Under the pieces are notes generated by a model. It was not told where the DNA came from, did no database searches, and saw nothing but the letters and a program-made list of their open reading frames with translations. This document shows positions 8,810-18,499 of a stretch of 64,000 nt of DNA, one piece after another. Source of the DNA: a virus (lineage: Duplodnaviria; Caudoviricetes); IMG/VR virus record IMGVR_UViG_3300002185_000031, positions 10,628 through 74,627 of that record; one strand, given 5' to 3'. The position numbers were made by a program, and so were the translations under genes. Positions within the stretch are counted from its first letter, which is position 1, and each line of letters begins with the position of its first letter.

Positions 8810-9154
8810 TTATTCATTGCTCGGAGGAGGATTTATCTGCTGCACATCCTGCATCTGTACCTCGCTATCCTCCATATCTCCCCATTCAACAATAAATTCA
8901 TTTCCACTGCCAAAAGCTAACATCATAGCCAGAATAAAGATAGCTATTAATTGAGTGACGATAAAAATAAATTGATACTTGATTATTTTCTTAGAACTCT
9001 CAACCGCAACCTTCCACCCATCCATAGCAAAATTAACTTGAGCATCTTTGCTTTTTTCAAGAGCCAGAGCCAATTCCTGCACTTCTTTCATTTGTTTAGC
9101 CGCCTCGTTCAAAATGGCGTTATCTAATTTTTCACCTAGTCCGCTTTTATCCAT
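8810..9154 (-). CDS. Single-TM protein with its own promoter (moron)
   Basis: AAAGGAG RBS, coiled N-terminus, TM segment, acidic C-terminus. Confidence 0.75.
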   Translation of the reverse strand: MDKSGLGEKLDNAILNEAAKQMKEVQELALALEKSKDAQVNFAMDGWKVAVESSKKIIKYQFIFIVTQLIAIFILAMMLAFGSGNEFIVEWGDMEDSEVQMQDVQQINPPPSNE

Positions 9155-9178
9155 GCTACCACTCCTTTCTTTTATAAC

Positions 9179-9207
9179 ATTATATCATACGCATTGTGTA
9201 ATGTCAA
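9179..9207 (-). promoter_or_regulatory. Sigma-A promoter, family A (operator core inverted)
   Basis: TTGACA-ttacacaatgcgtatga-TATAAT. Confidence 0.85.
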
Positions 9208-9223
9208 ACATAGTTATATTACA

Positions 9224-9565
9224 TTAAAGTTTCTTAGCCTCATCAAATTCTTTTTTAGCACTTCTTTTTGATTCCTCATCATCCGCAAGTATGGCATAAA
9301 CACCACGAAAAATTAAATTTATTTTATCAATAGTTTCCCGGCGGTAATCTATTATAGCATCCTTATGATTTTCCAATTGGTGTATTCGTTCTTCATGTTT
9401 TTGCTGTTTCATAGTTTCGATATCGCTAGTATTTTTAGCCAAATTGTCTTTCATTCGAGTAATTTTAACTGCAAGCGTGACTATAGCTCCCGTTATTACA
9501 GCCACAATAGCCCCTCCTACATAAATTAAATTGACAAAATAATAAAGCTCGTCCATTGACTTCAC
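9224..9565 (-). CDS. Membrane protein, holin-like or lysis accessory
   Basis: N-terminal TM plus coiled coil, within the lysis cluster. Confidence 0.5.
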   Translation of the reverse strand: MKSMDELYYFVNLIYVGGAIVAVITGAIVTLAVKITRMKDNLAKNTSDIETMKQQKHEERIHQLENHKDAIIDYRRETIDKINLIFRGVYAILADDEESKRSAKKEFDEAKKL

Positions 9566-9626
9566 CCTCTCTACGAAACAAAGGAGTATAGAGCCTTGTG
9601 CGCCCTATACTCCTTTGCCCATAACA

Positions 9627-9860
9627 CTAATCTACATCATGATAACCCCTCACAAAATAATGCTCATCCATACAATCCTGTATAGCTATCATCTCCGATA
9701 TTGCCTCGCCTACGCTATCAAACGTACCCAGAAAGTCATCTTTCCCCTCGGCATACAGATTAATACCGATTATGGCGTTTTTGTAAAATACAGGCATACA
9801 AAAGAGCCTTTCTCCATCATACACTATGCCGCCATCTCTGTCTTGATTCCAAATAAACAT
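9627..9860 (-). CDS. Hypothetical protein
   Basis: 77 aa; GGAG RBS; co-oriented with neighbours. Confidence 0.6.
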   Translation of the reverse strand: MFIWNQDRDGGIVYDGERLFCMPVFYKNAIIGINLYAEGKDDFLGTFDSVGEAISEMIAIQDCMDEHYFVRGYHDVD

Positions 9861-9911
9861 ATAATCGCCTCCAAAATGGTATATGGAGATTATATGCAGT
9901 TTTTATCAGTT

Positions 9912-10109
9912 TTATTCTTTCGATTTGCTATTCTTTATTTTTTCAGCGTTTTCATAGCCTGATTTAAGTTGATAAGAACCGACTACAAGCCCCACAAGCC
10001 ATATGCTTGTTTCTACAAGCTGCTCATCAACTAATCCGATTGTTGATAACACTACAGTTAAGGCAAATATGCCCAATATCGCCAAGACTACACACTTTGA
10101 AAATGCCAT
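9912..10109 (-). CDS. Holin-like protein (2 TM)
   Basis: Two TM helices and a KSGYEN basic tail; adjacent to the amidase. Confidence 0.7.
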   Translation of the reverse strand: MAFSKCVVLAILGIFALTVVLSTIGLVDEQLVETSIWLVGLVVGSYQLKSGYENAEKIKNSKSKE

Positions 10110-10867
10110 TGCAATCCTTCCTTTCTCTCATCATAAAGCCCTGCCCTAAAATGAATTACGAATATCCTAACCATATCCTCCGACAAATTAAGAGTTGCTC
10201 CATCGCCCAGCAGCAGCCCACGCTCTATCAATCTCTCAATAGCAGGTTTCGCCCATTCTGGCAGTTCGCCAACAGAATTATAACGAGTTTCACCAACATC
10301 ATGTTCAATATCATCATTAATCAAACTCATCATCGCCCTATCTAAATTCGCCCAAAATGTAGGCATATTTGCGGGTGTCACAGGGTCATTTATCCGACTT
10401 CTGGGATGCACTATGCTGTGGGTTGTTAGGTGTCGGATAGTATAAGTCTGCTTGATGTGTTCTAAGAGCTGCGCTGCTGATAAAAATTGAACCGCATTAG
10501 GCATCATGCCGAACGTATCACCAAAGGCTATGCCTATGCTGTAGTCATTGTGATTGACCCTACGCTGTCTGAAAATCTCACTTGTACTATGCCCCAAATA
10601 GTTGTTAAGTGCAGGATTTGTCGTTTGCGTTCCCGCATGAAAGGCAATATGCGCCATATTGACATGCTGTGTTACATTGCCCTGATTGTCAATTATGAAG
10701 TGATAGCTGACTTGATTAGCGGGGTTTATTATGGTGTTAATTGCGCTTTGAGTTGTGTTGCCTGTTGTATGAAATGTTACAGTATCAACCCCAAAAGCAT
10801 TTCGTCTTGATGCACTTGTGTTGAAGTTCCCCGCCGGAGTTCTGGCTATCATGTTTATTATTTGCAT
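10088..10867 (-). CDS. Endolysin: N-acetylmuramoyl-L-alanine amidase (Amidase_2) with SLH-like C-terminal binding domain
   Basis: FHTTG, VSYHFIIDNQG, IAFHAG, YSIGIAF, TTHSIV..DP; C-terminal PEWAKPAIERLIERGLLLGDG. Confidence 0.9.
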   Translation of the reverse strand: MQIINMIARTPAGNFNTSASRRNAFGVDTVTFHTTGNTTQSAINTIINPANQVSYHFIIDNQGNVTQHVNMAHIAFHAGTQTTNPALNNYLGHSTSEIFRQRRVNHNDYSIGIAFGDTFGMMPNAVQFLSAAQLLEHIKQTYTIRHLTTHSIVHPRSRINDPVTPANMPTFWANLDRAMMSLINDDIEHDVGETRYNSVGELPEWAKPAIERLIERGLLLGDGATLNLSEDMVRIFVIHFRAGLYDERKEGLQWHFQSV

Positions 10868-10871
10868 TTTA

Positions 10872-11102
10872 TCACTCCCCCTTTTCATCCTCATAATGTC
10901 CATTTTTCATCCTATGGACATTTTCATAACCACTTTTAGCCATATACATAGCAGCACAAGCTGTGAAAAATGTCAGCCCGTCCCTAACCATCCCAGACAG
11001 CTCACGCCATAAAAACCATGATACCGTGTCCACTATCATAATGACAAGCAGGCAAAGGCAAGCAAATACCATTAATTTTTCTAAAAAAGGTATGTTTTTC
11101 AT
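10872..11102 (-). CDS. Holin-like protein (2 TM), paralog of 9912-10109
   Basis: Two TM helices and KSGYEN. Confidence 0.65.
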   Translation of the reverse strand: MKNIPFLEKLMVFACLCLLVIMIVDTVSWFLWRELSGMVRDGLTFFTACAAMYMAKSGYENVHRMKNGHYEDEKGE

Positions 11103-11701
11103 CGTCTTGTTCTGACGATTTTTTCAGAACCCTTTTTCTTTTGAAGTTTTTTAGTGATTTCGATGTATCTTTTAATTAAGTCAGAAGTGTTGGTTTGCAA
11201 TAGCTCTGATTCTGTGTTGTATTGCTCATATTCTTCTTGATAATTTGACATAAACGCCATTTCTATATCTTTGATTGAAGATTGGCTTGCAAGCCAATCT
11301 TGGAAATGCCGCTCACGTAAAATACTTTCTATTTCTATTAATTCTTTTTTCAAAAGTTCTTCTTCGGTTGGTTTAGGCGGCTCACCTGCTTCTATCCACT
11401 CCCCTTCAATAACCGTTTGGCCTGTATGTTTATCAAATGTGCGGCTATGTTCTATGTACTTAGCTAGGTGTAGGCCATGGGGTGGGGGTATTGTGGTTAT
11501 GTCGTTTGGCAGGGGTAGCATTTCAAATTTAGTTGCTAGTTTAGAGCCACCGTTGTTATCGTTACCGATGGCAGAGCCATCTTCCTTGTTATCGATTATT
11601 TTAAATCTTTCTATCTGGCTTGATAGTACAGCCTCTATAAGTATGCCTGTTTTAATATTAAATCTGTATAAGAACTCTTGAAACTCTTGAAACTCATTCA
11701 T
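11099..11701 (-). CDS. Tail-fibre chaperone-like hypothetical protein
   Basis: Follows a fibre gene; contains TTIPPP..EWIE..KPTEEELLK. Confidence 0.45.
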   Translation of the reverse strand: MNEFQEFQEFLYRFNIKTGILIEAVLSSQIERFKIIDNKEDGSAIGNDNNGGSKLATKFEMLPLPNDITTIPPPHGLHLAKYIEHSRTFDKHTGQTVIEGEWIEAGEPPKPTEEELLKKELIEIESILRERHFQDWLASQSSIKDIEMAFMSNYQEEYEQYNTESELLQTNTSDLIKRYIEITKKLQKKKGSEKIVRTRR

Positions 11702-11788
11702 AATAAATCCTCCCTTACCGATGGCAGAGCCATCTTCCTTACCGAAACCGAAAGCACAATTTTCTTCTTTGGCAGAGCCATCTTCCTT
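11562..11788. repeat. Three copies of a 19-26 bp element containing the palindrome GATGGC-aga-GCCATC
   Basis: ttaccgatggcagagccatcttcctt at 11562-11587 and 11715-11740; tggcagagccatcttcctt at 11770-11788. Confidence 0.9.
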
Positions 11789-11829
11789 AAAATGTCCGCG
11801 TTCTTTGTGGACTTTTATTATCTCCCATA

Positions 11830-13851
11830 CTATCTCGCAATAGGAAACACCACATTAAACCAATAACGATTATGTGCCACATCAGGAGCAGCACCCGCTC
11901 TAAACTGCAAAGTACCATCCTCTCTGATAGTTGCTGCTCTTGTTACATTAATAACATCATTTGATGCCATGCTAAATGTTGTAATAACAGCAGGTCTAAG
12001 CCCATCAGGAATCCATGCTGATGATGTGTTTATTTCATTTAGTGTATTTAACACTATTAAGCCTTGAATAACTGCTTGGCCTGATGTACCTATTTGTGCT
12101 ATTCTTAGGGGGTGCAGTGTGGTTGTTATGCCATTGGTGGGGGTTAGGTTGTGCCATTGCAAGGCTCCTGCTCTGGGGTATACAGTCAAATCATCTGTGT
12201 AAACATCAGAAATAGCAACATCCCTAAGCCTAACCGCAGCGTTCACATGCCATGTACGAGAAAACATCTTTAAACCCAGCAGATATGTTTGATTCACACG
12301 GGCTGCAGCCTCATTGCGGGCTGCAATTGTTATAACCAGCATATTGTTTCTAACCCGCATATCGGATATACCTATAGCACCGTCCAAATGACGAGAAACA
12401 AAAGGGAATGATGATTCTTGAAAGTTTATTATCGGTGCTGCTGCTCCTTGATGCACAAATAAGTTAAATTTTTTGGTTATTGCGCCGCTGGCTTGTATCT
12501 GCTCGAAATAGCTTGCTATTTCGAGCTCTACATACCCCGCTATAATCCCGCCGGAAGGCAAAGGGATTATTATATCTCTTTTGGCATTTGCTCCTTGACC
12601 TCCGAAGTTAATAGCTCCTAATGAGATTTGCTGATAGCCGCCTTGGGGGGTGGTTGCAATTATGCCTGTGCCGCCTATTAGACGCTCATGGGCTAAGGGT
12701 GATGCTCCTGTGGTTTTTAGGAAGTTTGTGTTGGGGTTTGGGGGTGGGTCGTTTTTTAGGGTGGAGATTTGGCCTAGTTCTAGTTTGGCTCTGGTTATCA
12801 CAACCTCGCCTCCAAGTGCCGGGCTAATTCCAAAAAACATAAACGAACCGCCAAAACCTAACTCCAAAGCTCCAAACGGGGTATTTACAACACCCCAAGT
12901 TCGATTACCTGATGTAAATGTATCTGGTACCGTAACGCATCCGCAGTATATATTCCCATCCCCATCTTCGACTGATAGAGTTAATGTTTTACCAAACAGC
13001 AGCTCTTGGGGCATTGTCACATGTCCCCATGATTGGAACATATGGCGAAGATTGGCGTGTGGTGTTAAAGAGCGTTTAATTAACATACCGCGCTTAGTTC
13101 TTGCACTACCTTCATCTACAATTTCGGCAGATATTTCCGGGTCGTGTTCCCAGTTGTTTATTGTGAATATTGTGTCCGTGGTTGTGTTTATGGGGTGGCG
13201 GAAGTCTGGGTTTGTTAATATATTGGGATTAGTCAAGCCCGGTGCAACCTCCAAAATCAACCTCCGCGCCTGCTCATCCGTAACAAAAGCATTAGCAGGA
13301 AAGCTCAAAGTAATATTAGCATCACCGCTAACCCCAATAGACACAGGGTATCGGCGCACAGCAAGCCCACCAGTTAAAGGCGGCACCCATTCAGGATGCT
13401 CCAAAAGTCCTATAGCTAAAAGTATACGTCCAGCATCAGGGTCAATAGCAAAAATACCATATTCATTAAGCCAAAAACCATCTTGTGCGGGATGTAGGTC
13501 ATTGCGATATTCTACAATAAACTGTATTTGGTTATTTTCTGTGATTGGAGTATTTGTTGTGGCAGTTGCTACAAGGTTCACCAATCCTGTTAATGTTCGC
13601 GGGTCTGTTCCACCAGGCAAAACACCACTACCAACCCATACACTATCAATAATCCTTGGCGCACCAGCTCCCCATTTTGCTATAAGTGCAAATCCAGCAT
13701 TGGTTATCCAAAATCCATGCTGCGCATTTACGCCTCCAGCCCTAGAGCTGGACAATAGATTGTCTACTCTAGTTACAGGGTACATTATATCATCATCCCC
13801 ATTTTGATTTTTTCTTTGCAATAAAACGTCATTTTCATTAATTCGTGACAT
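11830..13851 (-). CDS. Tail fibre / receptor-binding protein 1
   Basis: Baseplate-anchoring N-terminus (ITNAGFALIA..GFWLNEYGIFA), an ILTNPDF module, beta-rich C-terminus. Confidence 0.85.
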   Translation of the reverse strand: MSRINENDVLLQRKNQNGDDDIMYPVTRVDNLLSSSRAGGVNAQHGFWITNAGFALIAKWGAGAPRIIDSVWVGSGVLPGGTDPRTLTGLVNLVATATTNTPITENNQIQFIVEYRNDLHPAQDGFWLNEYGIFAIDPDAGRILLAIGLLEHPEWVPPLTGGLAVRRYPVSIGVSGDANITLSFPANAFVTDEQARRLILEVAPGLTNPNILTNPDFRHPINTTTDTIFTINNWEHDPEISAEIVDEGSARTKRGMLIKRSLTPHANLRHMFQSWGHVTMPQELLFGKTLTLSVEDGDGNIYCGCVTVPDTFTSGNRTWGVVNTPFGALELGFGGSFMFFGISPALGGEVVITRAKLELGQISTLKNDPPPNPNTNFLKTTGASPLAHERLIGGTGIIATTPQGGYQQISLGAINFGGQGANAKRDIIIPLPSGGIIAGYVELEIASYFEQIQASGAITKKFNLFVHQGAAAPIINFQESSFPFVSRHLDGAIGISDMRVRNNMLVITIAARNEAAARVNQTYLLGLKMFSRTWHVNAAVRLRDVAISDVYTDDLTVYPRAGALQWHNLTPTNGITTTLHPLRIAQIGTSGQAVIQGLIVLNTLNEINTSSAWIPDGLRPAVITTFSMASNDVINVTRAATIREDGTLQFRAGAAPDVAHNRYWFNVVFPIAR

Positions 13852-13863
13852 AATTCACCATCC

Positions 13864-14406
13864 TTAATTTAATATCTGAATAAATAAATCTTGCGTTCGC
13901 AAATCAGCAGGTGCAGCAGCTCCAACAACAATTCGGGATAGTCCGGCAAGTACGGCAGTATCTCCAATAGCATCAAGCTCATTTTCGACATCCGATAAAC
14001 GATTATTGATATTGGTAAAATTAGTTTCTAATGTCTGAACTCTGCCAGTCAACGCCGTTAAAGCCGTTTGCAGCCCTGATACCGTTGCTTGCAATGCCGT
14101 TAAATCCGCTTGGCTTGCTTTTGACCCTAATTCCGTCATTATAGCAGTAAACTCATCTTCATGTTTTTCGAGCCAATCATGTAAATTTTGAATCGTGGTT
14201 AGTATACCTGGATTTACATCTAAAATATAGTCAATGCGCTCATCAACATACTTAGTTATATCTGCTTGTGTTAAAAGTGCTGCTAAATGCTGCGCTAAAG
14301 TCGTGCCATTAGCCAATATTACATTTTCAGCATTAGTCCGCACCATTAAATCATTCAGTACGCCTTCAACTCTTTTTTGCAGTATAACATTTCTGATATT
14401 TGCCAT
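13864..14406 (-). CDS. Coiled-coil tail-associated protein
   Basis: LMVRTNAENV N-terminus, heptad coiled coil, IVVGAAAP..DLFIQI C-terminus. Confidence 0.65.
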   Translation of the reverse strand: MANIRNVILQKRVEGVLNDLMVRTNAENVILANGTTLAQHLAALLTQADITKYVDERIDYILDVNPGILTTIQNLHDWLEKHEDEFTAIMTELGSKASQADLTALQATVSGLQTALTALTGRVQTLETNFTNINNRLSDVENELDAIGDTAVLAGLSRIVVGAAAPADLRTQDLFIQILN

Positions 14407-14407
14407 T

Positions 14408-15304
14408 TTAAACCTCCTTAACTTCTATATTGCCATTAGTGATATTTGAAAACGCTGTTGTTTCATTTGATGGCATAAAAGTTATAAAATAATCTTCCAT
14501 TGGGTCGTTAGTCGGAATTAGTTCAATATATATCGTTTCTGGGGGCGGTATGGTATCGGGATCGCCATGCAATAAAGTGGTTTCTGAAAACAAGAAATTT
14601 ATACCCCCAAATAGTATAAGCTCTTTATGGCGTGCAAGGGGCAAGTTAGTTTCTGAATATATAAAGTGTGCGCTACCAATTTTAACAACGTCTGCCTTGA
14701 CAATTTCTTGATGCGGTGGATGCAGTAAAGTGGTTTCTGAAAACAAAAAATGATGTCCAGCAAAATATACAGTATCTTCAACTTTAGGCGCATGATAAAT
14801 AGCTGTTGTCATCAATAAGACATTGCTAGGAATCCAACCTCTTACCCATTGCAAAAACTCTCGAAAATCCCGTCTGGTAAATCCCTTTTCGTTTAATCCC
14901 GCCGCCTCGATATCCATAAGAACATCCATTCGCAAGCCTCGCAAATCAACAATGACTTCGCCATCAGGGAATCGCTCATTTATCTGCCCTTGAATATCGC
15001 CGTCCCTATGCAAATCCCCCTGTAACCATGTTTCAGTAAACGGTGACATCGTGCGCATTGCCTCTAAAATCCTCTCACGCCTATCTTCCAAGGTGTCCAT
15101 GATTAGATTAGGTGAAATTCCGTAAATCCGCTCCCACATCTCAATACCCTTAATATCAGCAAGAGAAACACGAGTATTGTCAAATATCTGCACAATTTTT
15201 TCAAGGCTTATGTCGAGTTCAGGCTGCGCAGCCCTAAACATTTCTTGAGCCTCATGGTTTCGTCTGTACAGTTTTTGGTTAGCGTAATCTCGGATTTGAT
15301 TCAT
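14408..15304 (-). CDS. Baseplate wedge protein (XkdU/DUF2313-like)
   Basis: GIEMWERIYGI..DTLEDRRERIL..PFTE..IPSNVLL; three (F/Y)SET repeats. Confidence 0.85.
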   Translation of the reverse strand: MNQIRDYANQKLYRRNHEAQEMFRAAQPELDISLEKIVQIFDNTRVSLADIKGIEMWERIYGISPNLIMDTLEDRRERILEAMRTMSPFTETWLQGDLHRDGDIQGQINERFPDGEVIVDLRGLRMDVLMDIEAAGLNEKGFTRRDFREFLQWVRGWIPSNVLLMTTAIYHAPKVEDTVYFAGHHFLFSETTLLHPPHQEIVKADVVKIGSAHFIYSETNLPLARHKELILFGGINFLFSETTLLHGDPDTIPPPETIYIELIPTNDPMEDYFITFMPSNETTAFSNITNGNIEVKEV

Positions 15305-15348
15305 GGGTTATCCCTCATTTCGGTAGTTCCTTTTGCGCAAAAGGCATT

Positions 15349-15618
15349 TTATCTGCCCCTTTTCGGCTTTACATTCGGCATATTCATTTCTACCCCTTTA
15401 GTTGCCCACACTGCAACAGCTACATCTTTCATTTCGGGGATAAACTTCTCTACCACAGCAACATCGCCAGGGCTTGCTCCTCTCGTTTCGGGTGTACCGA
15501 TATAATGTCGTTCGCCTTCATGCTCACCATCGATATATTCTTGCCGTTGCATAGTTATTGACAGGCTTTCGTCTATGATAATTGAATGCTCATATTTTAC
15601 ATCTACAGTTCTTGGCAT
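15349..15618 (-). CDS. Hypothetical protein (fibre module)
   Basis: 89 aa; GGAGG RBS. Confidence 0.65.
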   Translation of the reverse strand: MPRTVDVKYEHSIIIDESLSITMQRQEYIDGEHEGERHYIGTPETRGASPGDVAVVEKFIPEMKDVAVAVWATKGVEMNMPNVKPKRGR

Positions 15619-15629
15619 AATCTAGCCTC

Positions 15630-16100
15630 CTAAGTTTCAATCTGTTCTTGCAAATCTTTAATTTTAGCTCTTAGTTCCTTGCGCCGTTTCCGTATCGGCG
15701 CATATTCTTTTTCGTCCATTTCGCCATCGAGAAAAGCTATCGCATCATCAACTGTGCTGTTCAGCTCGGCTTGCATTTCTTCAATGTCACGCATTATAAT
15801 CATGGCTTTCACATCTATACGTTTTGCGCTGCCAACATGCTCTCGCGGTTTCACGTTGATTTTGCCTCTTTTGTACTCATATTCGTTATACTTAAAGTCA
15901 AAATCAATATCGCCTGTGTACTCAACATCATATGGCTCATATCGAAATGCAGACCAGCCTATAATATACCCATCTTTTACTTCAAGATATTTCACTTCTG
16001 GCGTTGGTTCTTCAAGTGGTATTCCTTGTTCAAGTAAAATATTCCGCAAGTCCATACCTTTTGACGGTTGTGGCTTTGCGCCTATATAAAAATCATTCAT
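15630..16100 (-). CDS. Tail fibre assembly-like protein
   Basis: TGATG overlap with the upstream fibre gene; C-terminal YAPIRKRRKELRAKI. Confidence 0.6.
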   Translation of the reverse strand: MNDFYIGAKPQPSKGMDLRNILLEQGIPLEEPTPEVKYLEVKDGYIIGWSAFRYEPYDVEYTGDIDFDFKYNEYEYKRGKINVKPREHVGSAKRIDVKAMIIMRDIEEMQAELNSTVDDAIAFLDGEMDEKEYAPIRKRRKELRAKIKDLQEQIET

Positions 16101-18214
16101 CAAGTGCCACCTCCAAGAGAAGTTATTCTGGTCGTCCAATGGTCGTTATTCTCATAACTAATATTTCCTCTCCAACCATTAAATTGATGTCCACCATGAA
16201 AACCAACAGACTGACTACCTGTAATGACGTTGGCATTGCCGCCCCACCAATTCATATGACCCTGCGAAAAAACAGTAGAATGTCCACCAAGAACCATGCC
16301 TTCTAACCAAAAATTATTTACAGTGGTAACGACCCGAGTAACCATTCTAAAGCTAACATCACCGAACCCGCCTTCAACAAATAAAATTTCGTTGTTTAGA
16401 GGTCGTCTTATTAACGTTATGGGATTATTTCCCCATACATGCCCGTTAAAAAGTAATTCCGTACCAGCCCCACTACCACCAGCCGCCAAAATCCACGGTG
16501 TCCAACTTGTGGCAAGATTGGTGCGCCTTGCTCTTTTCCATGTGAAAAACGGCGCAGATAAATTGTCAGAGAATACTTCTAATTCCTGTATTATTCCTTG
16601 ATTTGGCGTTTGTGTTACATTTAATATACGGCGCATATTTCCTGCTATTGGCAACGGCGGTCCATTAGCAACAACTGACGCTTGCGCTATAGAATTCGTG
16701 CCGGCTTGAATTATAGCATTATAATCCGTTTGCGCAACATTTCCAGTCATTGAAAGTCGGCGTGTACCTCGTGCTATAGCATCATTATTGATTAATCCTC
16801 TAGTATTCCAGTTTTCCGCCCATGTAGTAGGCGGTGAACCAGCGGTATTTGCATTTGAGTTCAGCCAAAAACCCATATTATCAATCACTGTCGGCATGAA
16901 ATCTCCATCAATGACTAATTGATGCTCTATTGGATTCCATTCGCTATCCCAATCGCTCTCTTCCCAGTTAATAGGAAAACGCCACTCAGGAAAGTTCCAA
17001 CCACCAATGATTTCAAGTTTTAGTAAGACACCCCACGGCATACCAGCAGCCCAAAACGGACTTGAAGGGTCAGCAGTGTCACGGTCTACAGTAATAACCG
17101 CAAACATGTTGCGTAAGCTGGGCAGCCATCTTTCACTGCCAGCAGTTACAAGCGGATAAGTCGCAGAACCACGTATCAAATATCGCCCTGCTCTCACAGT
17201 TTGCCAACCATCCCGCATTGTGATTAATACTTGTGGAATAGACCAAGAGTTATCAACTATTATAGGGTTATTGAAATCAAGCCCTGCAACATCAATTTCT
17301 GCTATTCTGTCACGCACCCACGAAGTAGGCGCAACCCTTGTATCGTTGGCATTAGCGGGAACTTCACGATTCACATATAAATTTTCTTGAATATGTACAT
17401 TGTCATAAAATTCTGACACTTCATTTGTACGAAGTCCGCCATGTAAATTCAACATACCTGTAACAGTGCCGCCCGCAAGTGGCAGTCGTGTATTTATAGC
17501 TGTGTTTAAATCAGCCGTTGTTACAGCCCCGATATCGGCAGGAGATAAAACTCTTGAGGTCAAGTCGATAACATGGCCTTGGTTATTGACAGTGACATTG
17601 CTATACACATTTGCGCCTGTCAAAGCTGTATTTCTTACCGTATGCACAGGGTGAACGTAATTATTTGCCCCATCTTCCACGTTTAAAATAGTACGAGCCT
17701 GTCCTGCTGTTAAGTCTTGTGGATTACCACCTACCCCTGCATTACCTTTAATAGTATTAGCGGGCATATTGGCTAATTCTGCATTTGTAACGCTATCAGC
17801 TATCAAGTTAGCGGATATAGTGTTGCCATTAACAATAACCTGAATATGCGCCCCTGTTTGCCCCTGTAATACAGGTACAATACTTGACAGCGGCACTCTA
17901 AAAGAGGTGCCGCCAAAAGGTGTCATTACAAGGTCATTGCCGTCTAAATAAACATCTTCAAAAGCATTATAAAGAGGTACGTTTAAGGTAGTATTATCCC
18001 GCCTTGTAAATGATAGCATAGAGGTTGCTCCATCAAAAGTCGCTGACCGCAAATACTCCATAGCATCAAAATCATCCGTTAAGTTGTCAAGGTCTTTTTG
18101 GATAGCGTCAACAATAGTATTTATTTGTCCTATTGCAGCTGTTGTCGCCGTGTCCTTGCGGTCAACATAGGCTTGAGTTGCCAATATTCCTGTAAAATTC
18201 TCTAAATTAGTCAT
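16100..18214 (-). CDS. Tail fibre / receptor-binding protein 2
   Basis: LNVEDGANNYVHP, LPLAGGTVTG and NDTRVAPTSWV fibre motifs. Confidence 0.85.
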   Translation of the reverse strand: MTNLENFTGILATQAYVDRKDTATTAAIGQINTIVDAIQKDLDNLTDDFDAMEYLRSATFDGATSMLSFTRRDNTTLNVPLYNAFEDVYLDGNDLVMTPFGGTSFRVPLSSIVPVLQGQTGAHIQVIVNGNTISANLIADSVTNAELANMPANTIKGNAGVGGNPQDLTAGQARTILNVEDGANNYVHPVHTVRNTALTGANVYSNVTVNNQGHVIDLTSRVLSPADIGAVTTADLNTAINTRLPLAGGTVTGMLNLHGGLRTNEVSEFYDNVHIQENLYVNREVPANANDTRVAPTSWVRDRIAEIDVAGLDFNNPIIVDNSWSIPQVLITMRDGWQTVRAGRYLIRGSATYPLVTAGSERWLPSLRNMFAVITVDRDTADPSSPFWAAGMPWGVLLKLEIIGGWNFPEWRFPINWEESDWDSEWNPIEHQLVIDGDFMPTVIDNMGFWLNSNANTAGSPPTTWAENWNTRGLINNDAIARGTRRLSMTGNVAQTDYNAIIQAGTNSIAQASVVANGPPLPIAGNMRRILNVTQTPNQGIIQELEVFSDNLSAPFFTWKRARRTNLATSWTPWILAAGGSGAGTELLFNGHVWGNNPITLIRRPLNNEILFVEGGFGDVSFRMVTRVVTTVNNFWLEGMVLGGHSTVFSQGHMNWWGGNANVITGSQSVGFHGGHQFNGWRGNISYENNDHWTTRITSLGGGT

Positions 18215-18226
18215 CTAATCACCGCC

Positions 18227-18499
18227 TCATTCTGCCACCGCAATAGCTTTTAGTTTGTCGATTGCCGTTTTCATATCGTCAAGTTTATTAAGCAGTTCAG
18301 CATCAAGCACATCATAGACAAATTTTGTGTTTGCGGCGTTACTACTCTTATCATCATATGGCATTGTGGGAACTACTGCGGATATTGCAACAGTTAGATT
18401 ATCAATATTTAACGGGTCTGATATTTCTGTTAAACCAGTACCACCTTCTGGGAGTGCTTTACCATTTACAACTGTGTATCTTTGAAGCATATCAGCCAT
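18227..18499 (-). CDS. Small fibre-related protein
   Basis: PTMPYDDKSSNAANTKFV fibre motif; coupled to the upstream gene. Confidence 0.6.
   Translation of the reverse strand: MADMLQRYTVVNGKALPEGGTGLTEISDPLNIDNLTVAISAVVPTMPYDDKSSNAANTKFVYDVLDAELLNKLDDMKTAIDKLKAIAVAE

Noticed and set aside
11562-11788. Possible CRISPR mini-array
   Set aside because: Only three unequal copies with 127- and 29-nt gaps, one inside a gene, and no cas genes.
12650-13807. 385-aa plus-strand ORF and many other long antisense ORFs (e.g. 4804-5310, 24819-25247, 52842-53378)
   Set aside because: Shadows of well-supported genes on the opposite strand; no RBS or recognizable motifs.
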